Shown in pieces: positions 25,217 to 33,511 of a stretch of DNA of 33,511 nt. How positions within the stretch are numbered: the first letter of the stretch is position 1; every line of letters begins with the position of its first letter. A model generated the notes under the pieces. That model was not told the origin of the DNA and ran no database searches. It saw only the letters and a list, made by a program, of their open reading frames with translations. Location: IMG/VR virus record IMGVR_UViG_3300033983_000111, positions 1-33,511 of that record, one strand, 5' to 3'. A program made the position numbers and the translations under genes. This DNA is from a virus (taxonomy: Duplodnaviria; Caudoviricetes).

Positions 25217-27287
25217 AAAAACAGTGGTGAGTGGTGAGTGGTCAGTGGTGAGTCTGCTCTGTGGCCTTCTGATCGCGCTTGCCTGTGTGAGCGCCTCGTC
25301 CCAGGTTGCAGTGTCGCCCTTCAAGAGCCCGCATGTGACCTTTACGGACCAGAACGGCGTGGCGCTGGCGGGCGGATGTGTATTTACTTATTCGGGAGGA
25401 ACGTCGACGCCTCTGGCGACGTTCACTGATTACACCGGAGGAACCCCGAACTCGAATCCGGTGGTGCTGGACGCGACGGGAAGCGCAAACATCTGGCTCG
25501 GCCCATATACTTACAAGTTTGCGATCTGGAGCAACGGAGGCGCAAACTGCGCAAGCGGCGCACTGCAATGGACGGTGGACCAGGTTCCGGGAAACGTGTT
25601 CAACAATACAACGATCAACGGGGGGACCTGGAACGGAGGAACGATCACTGGCGCGGCTATCAGTGGGGGAACGATTACCGGCGCAACTATCACCAACAGC
25701 ACGATTGATTCGTCGCCGATCGGCCAGACAGTGCCAGCCTCCGGATCTTTTACGTCCGTGGCCAGCGCTGTGGACGCAATGAGCTTCAGCTCGACGCCCG
25801 TCTTTCCGGCCGGGTCTTACGGATACTTTACGATGACGCTGACGAATAACGTCACATCATCGAGCATTACCGGCGGAACGAATGGACAATTGATTACCTT
25901 TGATTTTTGCCAGAATGGCACGGGCCAGGTTGTTGGAGGGCAGACAACAGGCTTCACTTTCGCATGGCCGTCGAATTATACGAATCCACCCATCGTCAAC
26001 CCTGTTTTGAATTCCTGCACAATTGCAACGGCTTACTATAATGGAGGATTTTGGATAACGGTTACGAGCAACACGCAGTTGATGCTCGGCAATCTGGAGA
26101 TATTGAGCTTCACCTCGACGCCTGTTTTTCCTGCATCCAGTTATTCGAATTTCTACCTCACGCTGACTAACAATGTAACCTCCAGCACTATCACGGGCGG
26201 ATCGATAGGGCAAGTGGCGACGATTGACATCTGCCAGAATGCCACGGGAACCTATACGTTTGTCTGGCCGACGAACCTGATCAACGCTCCCCCGGTGCAA
26301 TCGAACGCGGGCAGCTGCACGAGCGTGGTAGCTGTTTACAACGGGACAAACTGGAACACGGTGTCAAGTTCCTCGACCGCGACGACGACGCCGCTGACGG
26401 GTAATTTTGATCAAATCCCCTTTACCGCGACTCCGATATTCAATGCCCAGAGCTACAGCGCATTTGCAATGACGCTTTCTGGAAATGTCACATCGAGCAC
26501 GATCGCCGGGGGCGCCAGCGGCCAATTGATCTCGATCATGCTGACGCAGGGATCATCCTCAACCACGGCCCCGGTATCAGCGCCCACCTATTCCACGCTG
26601 ACGACTGGCGGCAACCTTCCCGGAACTACGGCTTATTATGCCAAGTGCTCTTACCTGTTTGGCACGGTTGAAAGCCTCCCTAGCGCGGAGGCGACGGAGA
26701 TGACGGGATCGGGAGCGACGAACTCTATAACATGGAACTGCCCATCTTATGCGGGCGTGACTACTTACAAGTTTTACATCGGTACAGGGACGGGCGCGGA
26801 GAATTACTATTTTACGACATCGAGTTCCTCTTACATTCAGATCAACGTGCCGAGCGCCGGAACCGCGGGACAGCCGCTGACTACGGGAATTTACACGGTG
26901 GCATGGCCCGCCAATATGATCAACGCGCCGATCCTGGCTTCGGGCATCGGCAGTACGACGGGGTTGACGGCTGTATTCAACGGCACGAACTGGGTGGTGG
27001 TGGGTTCAAGTGGAACCCCAACGCAACAGGTCTCGCGCGCGTGCTCGGGAGGCAACTGCTACACGGTGCTTTGGGATGGAACCAAGCTGGAATGGGGGAC
27101 GATGTGCGTGGGCGGAAATGGATCGGTAACCTTTCCGCTTGCTTTCAACACCCAACCCGCGGTGATGATTCCACCCGCCGAGGGCGATTTGTTTCTCAAT
27201 GGACCCACGGTGATCACGGCGACCGGCTTCTCTATCACGTGCAGTTCGGCTTCGATCGCTAACCAGTGGTTTGCGATAGGCAACTGA
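25197..27287 (+). CDS. Tailspike/fibre-like protein: signal peptide, head-binding-like domain, three internal repeats, C-terminal fibre-tip domain
   Basis: FTDQNGVALAGGCVFTYSGGTSTPLATFTD..NSNPVVLDATG..IWL..YKF; three F..TP.F..LT.NVTSS.I.GG..GQ..WP.N..NG..W repeats; LEWG..VTFPLAF..WFAIGN. Confidence 0.8.
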   Translation: MNMRRVRKTVVSGEWSVVSLLCGLLIALACVSASSQVAVSPFKSPHVTFTDQNGVALAGGCVFTYSGGTSTPLATFTDYTGGTPNSNPVVLDATGSANIWLGPYTYKFAIWSNGGANCASGALQWTVDQVPGNVFNNTTINGGTWNGGTITGAAISGGTITGATITNSTIDSSPIGQTVPASGSFTSVASAVDAMSFSSTPVFPAGSYGYFTMTLTNNVTSSSITGGTNGQLITFDFCQNGTGQVVGGQTTGFTFAWPSNYTNPPIVNPVLNSCTIATAYYNGGFWITVTSNTQLMLGNLEILSFTSTPVFPASSYSNFYLTLTNNVTSSTITGGSIGQVATIDICQNATGTYTFVWPTNLINAPPVQSNAGSCTSVVAVYNGTNWNTVSSSSTATTTPLTGNFDQIPFTATPIFNAQSYSAFAMTLSGNVTSSTIAGGASGQLISIMLTQGSSSTTAPVSAPTYSTLTTGGNLPGTTAYYAKCSYLFGTVESLPSAEATEMTGSGATNSITWNCPSYAGVTTYKFYIGTGTGAENYYFTTSSSSYIQINVPSAGTAGQPLTTGIYTVAWPANMINAPILASGIGSTTGLTAVFNGTNWVVVGSSGTPTQQVSRACSGGNCYTVLWDGTKLEWGTMCVGGNGSVTFPLAFNTQPAVMIPPAEGDLFLNGPTVITATGFSITCSSASIANQWFAIGN
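25222..25253 (+). repeat. Heptamer tandem array, copy 7 (inside the signal-peptide coding region)
   Basis: cagtggt-gagtggt-gagtggt-cagtggt-gagt, translated TVVSGEWSVVS. Confidence 0.88.
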
Positions 27288-27745
27288 TGAGCGTGATCGA
27301 GATTTTGCCGGTTTCGCTGGCGGATGTTTTAGACGCTCCAAATGCCAAAGCACTCTTTGCGGAGTATGAGGCTGAGTGTTCGCTGCCCGAGTTGCGCCCG
27401 ATTGACCCGCAGAGAGATATATATGCGGCAATGGAGCGGACGGGGGCATTTCAGAGCTTCGGTGTCTATGTGAAGGGGGTGTTGGTTGGGTTTGCATCGG
27501 CGCTGACCTATATTGTGCCACACTATGGGAAGCGGATTGCGACGGTGGAAAGTCTGTTTCTGGCTGCTGGCCATCGCCGCGGCCGCACGGGAAACGAATT
27601 GCTGAACGCGATAGAAGAATACGCGCGAAAGCAGGGCTGCATAGTCGTCCTTTACAGTGCGCCGGCGGGCAGTCAGTTTGAGCGGCTGCTGAGGTTGCTG
27701 AAACCCTACCGGCATTCAAATACGGTTTTCCTGAGGAGCCTATGA
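27287..27745 (+). CDS. GNAT-family N-acetyltransferase
   Basis: TGATG coupling; LVGFA..ATVESLFLAAGHRRGRTGNELLNAIEEYARKQGC. Confidence 0.85.
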   Translation: MSVIEILPVSLADVLDAPNAKALFAEYEAECSLPELRPIDPQRDIYAAMERTGAFQSFGVYVKGVLVGFASALTYIVPHYGKRIATVESLFLAAGHRRGRTGNELLNAIEEYARKQGCIVVLYSAPAGSQFERLLRLLKPYRHSNTVFLRSL

Positions 27746-28230
27746 GCGATCTTGCGGGCCAACTCGCAACACGGGGAAACATGCTCCCGGCGACGTCTGC
27801 CGATGTGATGGCGCAAATTGCTGCCATTGAAGAAAAGATGCGAGGGATGGAGCAGATTCATCCTCAGATGGAGCATGTGCTGCACGGGGGCATGTACGCG
27901 CGGACGTGCAGGCTGGATGCGGGCGTGGCGATCGTGAGCGTGCTGATCAAGATTCCGACGATGTTGATCGTGAACGGGGGAGCGTATATCTTCGCCGGGG
28001 ACCGCTGGTACCAGATCGTTGGCTATCAATGCATGCCGGCGAGCGCGGGGCGCAAACAGGTTTACGTGACCTTTCAGCCGACCGAGATCACGATGATATT
28101 TCCATCGCAGGCGCGGACGGTGGAAGATGCAGAGCGAGAGTTCACGGACGAACCCGACGCTCTCCTTTCACGGCAGCAGGATAATCACGACATTGTCGTG
28201 GTGACGGGGGTCAACGCATGTCAGGGATAG
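27742..28230 (+). CDS. Cupin-like phage protein
   Basis: EHVLHGGMYART..AG..LIVNG..AGRKQV pattern, located before the ejection genes. Confidence 0.65.
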   Translation: MSDLAGQLATRGNMLPATSADVMAQIAAIEEKMRGMEQIHPQMEHVLHGGMYARTCRLDAGVAIVSVLIKIPTMLIVNGGAYIFAGDRWYQIVGYQCMPASAGRKQVYVTFQPTEITMIFPSQARTVEDAEREFTDEPDALLSRQQDNHDIVVVTGVNACQG

Positions 28231-29249
28231 GGACGGGAGCAGCGTTTATGATTGCCGCGGGGGTTGCGGCGGCCGGTTCGGTGGGCGCCGCGGCACTTGA
28301 ATCGAGCGCAGCGAAGAAAGCTGCCGCCACGCAGGCAAACGCAGCCGACTATGCGGCGAGCATACAGGGAGACCTGGGGCAGGAGTCGCTGGCCAATGAA
28401 GTTGAGACGCAGGAGCAGAACCAGGCGAACGAGCAGCCCTGGCTGCAGACGGGCGCGAACAGCCTAGCTACGCTTGGTTATCTGCTTGGCATTACCCCTG
28501 GAGGGACGGTCGGAAGCGGGACCTCTGGCGGAGGAACGGGGACGCCGGGCCAGACGCTCAGCATCCCTGGCGTAAACGGCTCCGTGCAACTGCCAGGCGT
28601 GACGCCGCTGACAGGAACCGCGAACACGAACCTGGGAAAGATGGGCTCGTTGATGGAGGCCTACCCTGGCGGCGCGTTTACGGCGCCCACGGCCGCACAG
28701 GCTGAGCAGACGCCCGGCTATAAGTTTGCGCTGAATCAGGGCGAAGGAGCGGTGCAGGCGGGAGCCGCTGCGAACGGCTCGCTGCTGACCGGGGGGACGC
28801 TGAACGCAGAGAATCAGTTTGCGCAGGGGCTGGCCGACACCAACTACAACACCACATACAACCAGGCGCTGGAGGGCTATAACACGAACTACAACACCTG
28901 GGCGAACAATCAAGCCAACCAGTTCAACCGGCTGGCGGCGATGGCGGGGATGGGCCAGATCAGCGCGCAGACGCTCGGCTCGCAGAACCTGCAATCGGCC
29001 GGGCAGATAGGGAATACGCTGGCGAATACCGGAGCGGCAATCGGTCAGGACTACCAGAATGCCGGCGCCGCAACTGCCTCCGGATATGTGGGGAGCGCCA
29101 ATGCATGGGCCGGCGGAATCACGGGCGCGATGAACAGCATGAGCCAGATGATGATGCTGCAACAGTTAATGAAGAACAACGGGGCTCAAAATCCTGGATC
29201 TTCCGACATAAATGATATGTTTAACGGCGCCGGTGCTTACGCCAGCTAA
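28218..29249 (+). CDS. DNA transfer/ejection protein (P22 gp7-like)
   Basis: Ala/Gly/Gln/Asn-rich; QPWLQTG, TPGYKFALNQG, GSLLTGGTL, AGAATASGYVGSANA. Confidence 0.82.
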   Translation: MSGIGTGAAFMIAAGVAAAGSVGAAALESSAAKKAAATQANAADYAASIQGDLGQESLANEVETQEQNQANEQPWLQTGANSLATLGYLLGITPGGTVGSGTSGGGTGTPGQTLSIPGVNGSVQLPGVTPLTGTANTNLGKMGSLMEAYPGGAFTAPTAAQAEQTPGYKFALNQGEGAVQAGAAANGSLLTGGTLNAENQFAQGLADTNYNTTYNQALEGYNTNYNTWANNQANQFNRLAAMAGMGQISAQTLGSQNLQSAGQIGNTLANTGAAIGQDYQNAGAATASGYVGSANAWAGGITGAMNSMSQMMMLQQLMKNNGAQNPGSSDINDMFNGAGAYAS

Positions 29250-29260
29250 GGAGAAAGAGT

Positions 29261-30985
29261 ATGGCAACCATTCCACTTCCCGCGCTGCATACAGCGCCGA
29301 TCGCGCCGCCAGCAAGCCCGCTCGAAATGTATGCGCAGATGATGGGCATCAAGAACGAGCAGCAGCAGATGGACCAACGGCAGGCGATGGCCCCGCTGCA
29401 GCAACAGGAGGCGCAGAACGCGGTGCAATCTGGTCAGTTAGATGTGGAGGCCAAGCAGCGCGCCGCCGCTGACCAGAAGGCCATGATGGCGACGATGCAG
29501 CAATGGTGGAAGGCTCATAGCGAAAGCGCTTCGCCTGCAGTGACTACAACCACCGGGGCGGTCATCGATCCGCAAACCGGAGAGCAGATTAGCAGCGGTT
29601 CCCCTGTAACTGTAAAAGGACCGGCCGGCGCTGGCGCTCAGGGAACATCGAGCAGCTCCATGCCGAGCTACGATGATCTGGTTCCGCTGGCGATCAAGAA
29701 TAGGGTATCTCCCTTGGCCGTTCAGGGACTCCAAGCCCATATTTTAGACATGAAAGCGAAAGCCGCAACGATAGTGAAGGATGATGCTCAGGCCGGGACA
29801 GCCAATGCTGATGCCATAAGAATAAAAAATGGCATGATCACCGACGCCATGACGGGTGTAAGCAGCCTGCCCGACGCTCAACTACCAATAGGCGTTCTCA
29901 GGGCCGCGCAGGAACTCTACGGGAAAGGCATCTTTGATCAGCAGCACTTGCAGATGGCACAACAACTCTCCAATCTCGCGATGACCGACCCGAACCAGGC
30001 GCGCCAGCAGCTCAACATTCAAAACCTGAGTCTAGGGGCGTTTTCAAAGGAGCTGGAGAATCAAGGGAAGCTACTGTTGAACCAAAAAGATCAGGCCACG
30101 CTTGGACAAGAGCAGGCGGAAAGCCAGTTCTACCAACAGAATGGCGGCGCACCGGGTGTGTCTGCCGAGATGATGCAGCAGGCGGATTGGCTGAAGAAGA
30201 ATCCCGGCAAGGGGGCGAGCGACTACAAGCTATGGACTCTGCAGCACACGCCTACGGCGATGATGATGAACAACCTTCTGGGCGGACCGGAGAACCAGGA
30301 TGCGCTGGACCTGGCCGCGAACAATTACCGCCAGACCGGGCAGATGCCGTCTGGTCTTGTTCGAAGCCCGGAGACCACCACGGCTGTCATTGCGCGCGCG
30401 GCTCAACTCGATAAGCAGCAAGGCGGCCAGGGTATCGCCGCCAACAAAGCGATTCTAGGGTCAAATGTCGCCTCGCTGAAAAAGCTGCAAACAAACTTCG
30501 ACCAGGTGCAGGCTTTTGAGGGGACCGCTGAAAGGAATATCGACCTCTTGCAGAAGACCGCGCAGAAGATTCCGGACCTTGGCGCGCGCTTTGCGAATGT
30601 TCCAGTGCGGATGATCAACGCGAGCATGATCGGTACTGATAATATGGCGGCCTTCAAAACTGCGCTGAATACGGCTCAGACAGAATCTGCGAAGGTGTTG
30701 AACTCTTCCAATGCCACGGGCGTGCTGAGTGACAGTGCCCGGCACGAGCTGCAGGAAGTGATCGATGGCAACATGCCCTACAGCGCAATGGTTGCCTCGC
30801 TAAACACGCTCAAGCAGGACATGGAGAACCGGACAAAGTCGTACCAGTTGCTGATTCAGGACATTCAGAACCGCCTCAAGCCGGCGCAAGCCGGGGTAGG
30901 TGCGGGCCAGCCGCAAAACAACGGGCAGAGCAGCGGCAACGGTTTGAATGATCCGTTTTCGCAGTTCGGAGGGGTGGCGCACTAA
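29261..30985 (+). CDS. Ejection protein (gp20 position)
   Basis: AAGGAG RBS; 574 aa Gln/Ala-rich helical protein following the gp7-like gene. Confidence 0.7.
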   Translation: MATIPLPALHTAPIAPPASPLEMYAQMMGIKNEQQQMDQRQAMAPLQQQEAQNAVQSGQLDVEAKQRAAADQKAMMATMQQWWKAHSESASPAVTTTTGAVIDPQTGEQISSGSPVTVKGPAGAGAQGTSSSSMPSYDDLVPLAIKNRVSPLAVQGLQAHILDMKAKAATIVKDDAQAGTANADAIRIKNGMITDAMTGVSSLPDAQLPIGVLRAAQELYGKGIFDQQHLQMAQQLSNLAMTDPNQARQQLNIQNLSLGAFSKELENQGKLLLNQKDQATLGQEQAESQFYQQNGGAPGVSAEMMQQADWLKKNPGKGASDYKLWTLQHTPTAMMMNNLLGGPENQDALDLAANNYRQTGQMPSGLVRSPETTTAVIARAAQLDKQQGGQGIAANKAILGSNVASLKKLQTNFDQVQAFEGTAERNIDLLQKTAQKIPDLGARFANVPVRMINASMIGTDNMAAFKTALNTAQTESAKVLNSSNATGVLSDSARHELQEVIDGNMPYSAMVASLNTLKQDMENRTKSYQLLIQDIQNRLKPAQAGVGAGQPQNNGQSSGNGLNDPFSQFGGVAH

Positions 30986-33357
30986 TGGGCACAATGGTTC
31001 CTATGCTGGCCCCAGATGGCACCTCGGGAGAGATTCCGCAGGGCCGCGTGGCGGACGCCGTCAATGCCGGTTTCAAGCTGGCCGTCAGGATGACCTCTCC
31101 GGATGGGCAGAATGGCTACATTCCGCAGGAGCGCGCGGCGGATGCGATAAAGGCCGGGTTCAAGCAGGTTGACGCGCTGGGCCTCACGGCCAACCCGAGA
31201 GGAGAAGGAACTTATGCGGTCAACACTCCCATCGGCGGTACGATCCAGGTTCCATATTCGAACGTCCCTGTGGCTCAAGGGCTTCAGGGCTACACGCTTG
31301 CTTCCGCCGACGCGGCGCGCTTTGAGAAAGACGCGGCGGCCGATCCGCATCACCCGAGCTTCTGGAATGCGCTGACGAACCCGGTAGGATCGGGAGGCCG
31401 GCAGCAGGGCGTGGTTGGTGGCGCGCTTCAGGTGGGCGGCCAGGCCATCAAGGCTATGGCGCAGCCTGTCCTGCATCCGATCAAGACAGCCGCGGGGATG
31501 GCAAAGGTCGCCGGAGATGTGGCGACACAGGGGCCTCAGGCGATCGGGCAGGATGTTGTAGAGCCGCTAGTGCAGCAGTACGTGCAGGATAAAGAGCAGG
31601 GAGGCAACGCGCTGGCGCTGGAGAACCTGGGCGGCCAAGTGCTGGGAACCGTGGAGGGCGGCCGCGTGATGGGCGCGGCGGCATCGGGCGTGAAGCCGTC
31701 GGCTGCTTTGGGGGCGGCTGGAGAAGCGCCTGTGGCAGGGGCGGAGGGTCCGGTCAACACAGTGAGCGGCGCAAACCGGTTGATTCCGGAGGCGGTGCGC
31801 AACGGCGCGCTGCCCTCTGCGTGGGATTTCGCGAAAAATCAGTGGAATCCGAAAGGCCTGCTCGCTGGGGATGTGAACGCGCCGATCGTGGGCACCGAGC
31901 CCCCGCTGACGCCGGCGGCGCGGTATGCGTCGATGCAGAATATGGGTTTGCAGCCGAACGCCGCGGAGGCAACGAACTCGACGCCGTTGAATATGGCTGA
32001 GAAGGTGAACCAAAACAGCCTGACGGCCGCGCCGACCTATGCAGCCGCGCGTGCTGCGAATTTGGCTGCGCTGAAGAGATTTACGGATCGCACGCTGGAT
32101 GCCATGTCGCCATATGGTCCCGAGGAGGGTGGCGCAGCCGTGCAGCAGGGGTTGCTACAAGGTCATGCGGATTTGAAAACGGCCGCGACGGAGGCTTTCA
32201 AAAATCTCGATGCGCAAGTGGGAGACCAGCCGATGCCGGGGGCGGCTGGATTGCGGCAGCAGGCGCAAGCGATATTGGACGAAAATGCGCCTTATTACAA
32301 GCTTCACCCCGAGCTTGAGCCTACAAAGGCGATGGCGATCGTGCGCGATCTGGCAGAGGCCAAGGCGCCCGCCAGGCCGGCCCCCGTAGTGATACCAGGC
32401 TTTACAGGCTCGCCCGCTGTTTCAGAGGTTGTGGAGCCGCGCGTGCCAACCTACAGCGAGCTTCATCGTGTCCGCTCGGATTTGCTCGATTTCAACAACA
32501 CGAACCCCGACCTGGTAAAGAACCAGGCGAATGGGTGGATTTCACAGCTCGCTGGCGCCGCGGACCAGGCGATCACCTCCGGAGAGGGTGCGTTGACTCC
32601 GGCGCAGCTCGACAACTTCCGGGACGCGAACGGGGCCTGGAAGTTCATGAAGGATACCTATGACAATCCATCGCATCCGTTCTACCAGGCCGTTCGCAAC
32701 CCATCACCGTCGACGCTGGTGAACGGTGGGTCGGGTATATCGAGAACGCCGGAAATGGTAAGGACGCTGGAGGGCATCTTAGGACCGGAAGGAATGGGGC
32801 CGATCCAGCGCGGGGTTGCTGAGCAGATGCTGCGCACGACCAAGGAGGGCGGCTATAACTTCAAGACTTTCCAGGGGCAGTGGAACAAGCTGAAGCCCGC
32901 ATACCGCGATGCACTATTCACGCCTGAGCAGCGGCAGCAGCTTGCGGACATTGGCAATGCGGGAACGGTATTGCATGAGGATCTGAATCCGAGCGGAACG
33001 GCAAAGCTGGGGCAGGGCCAAGCAGAGATGCTGGAGGGCAGCGGCGCGATCGGCGCGGCGGCGACGGGTCATCCAGGAGCGCTGGCCGGTACCGCGGCAT
33101 ACCATGCCACGCAATATGCGCTGGGCAAGCTGATGAACAGTCCGACATTTGTGGATTGGCTGATGCGGGACCAGGGACTGCCGGCGGCGGCACGGACGGG
33201 TACCACGCATCCAATGATTCCGGCGGCAGTGGCCAGCGGGGGGATGGCCACAGGGTGGGACTGGCAGAACAGCAAGCCAAAAGAGGGGCGGCCGGACGAC
33301 AGCCTATTTCAGCGCTCAAAGGCAGCGTTCAACGCTGAGCGGGATGCGGAGCGGTAA
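30985..33357 (+). CDS. Large ejection protein (gp16 position)
   Basis: TAATG coupling; 790 aa Ala/Gly-rich; N-terminal repeats; C-terminal NPSGTA..LGKLMNSPTFVDWL. Confidence 0.7.
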   Translation: MGTMVPMLAPDGTSGEIPQGRVADAVNAGFKLAVRMTSPDGQNGYIPQERAADAIKAGFKQVDALGLTANPRGEGTYAVNTPIGGTIQVPYSNVPVAQGLQGYTLASADAARFEKDAAADPHHPSFWNALTNPVGSGGRQQGVVGGALQVGGQAIKAMAQPVLHPIKTAAGMAKVAGDVATQGPQAIGQDVVEPLVQQYVQDKEQGGNALALENLGGQVLGTVEGGRVMGAAASGVKPSAALGAAGEAPVAGAEGPVNTVSGANRLIPEAVRNGALPSAWDFAKNQWNPKGLLAGDVNAPIVGTEPPLTPAARYASMQNMGLQPNAAEATNSTPLNMAEKVNQNSLTAAPTYAAARAANLAALKRFTDRTLDAMSPYGPEEGGAAVQQGLLQGHADLKTAATEAFKNLDAQVGDQPMPGAAGLRQQAQAILDENAPYYKLHPELEPTKAMAIVRDLAEAKAPARPAPVVIPGFTGSPAVSEVVEPRVPTYSELHRVRSDLLDFNNTNPDLVKNQANGWISQLAGAADQAITSGEGALTPAQLDNFRDANGAWKFMKDTYDNPSHPFYQAVRNPSPSTLVNGGSGISRTPEMVRTLEGILGPEGMGPIQRGVAEQMLRTTKEGGYNFKTFQGQWNKLKPAYRDALFTPEQRQQLADIGNAGTVLHEDLNPSGTAKLGQGQAEMLEGSGAIGAAATGHPGALAGTAAYHATQYALGKLMNSPTFVDWLMRDQGLPAAARTGTTHPMIPAAVASGGMATGWDWQNSKPKEGRPDDSLFQRSKAAFNAERDAER

Positions 33358-33511
33358 AATCTTCCTTCTGTTTGATGGAGCGTGCGAGTCGGTTCTTCTT
33401 GTCCTGGCGGCAGAAGTAAATGGCGGCCGGACAGATGATTGCGCAGATGGCACCAAACACGATTGTCATTGTCCATCCGACGGCGTCAAGAATTGCAAAG
33501 ATCTGGTGCAT
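33329..33511 (-). CDS. Convergent small membrane protein (moron-like); possibly 5'-truncated by the window edge
   Basis: Hydrophobic WTMTIVFGAICAIICPAAIYF followed by a basic tail; overlaps the end of the last ejection gene. Confidence 0.5.
   Translation of the reverse strand: MHQIFAILDAVGWTMTIVFGAICAIICPAAIYFCRQDKKNRLARSIKQKEDFTAPHPAQR

Larger units (their letters stand above)
1..33511 (+). mobile_element. Temperate P22-like phage/prophage segment (early, replication, packaging, head, tail and ejection modules); both ends lie outside the window
   Basis: Gene order terS-terL-portal-scaffold-coat-gp4-like-gp10-like-tailspike-ejection proteins; no tape measure, tube or sheath genes; no integrase or att site in view. 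Confidence 0.93.

Noticed and set aside
2998-25253. Heptamer arrays as CRISPR or DGR repeats
   Set aside because: No spacers, no cas or reverse transcriptase gene, and no long template/variable repeat pair seen

Overview
GC-rich, nearly all + strand segment of a temperate P22-like (short-tailed) phage or prophage. The host may be Acidobacteria-like; this is a weak inference from protein style only. Left arm (1-9923): ParB-family protein, a chain of small translationally coupled early genes, ASCH-like protein, degenerate MazG-like protein, HNH protein, replication initiator with an embedded palindromic origin candidate, and an XRE regulator. Middle (9935-13100): a lysis-slot membrane pair (small holin-like gene plus a 2-TM/signal-peptide/beta-barrel fusion), a structured intergenic RNA candidate, and a minus-strand IS1595-derived cassette. 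Right arm (13162-33357): terS, terL, J-domain protein, portal, scaffold, coat, gp4-like and gp10-like tail proteins, tailspike/fibre, GNAT, cupin-like protein and three ejection proteins. The most unusual features are Sec-type signal peptides with paired cysteines on two virion-module proteins (post-coat protein and tailspike), seven dispersed same-strand CAGTGGT heptamer arrays, and a 50-bp repeat that could swap the TerS N-terminus. All calls come from reading motifs and synteny by eye; no searches were run.
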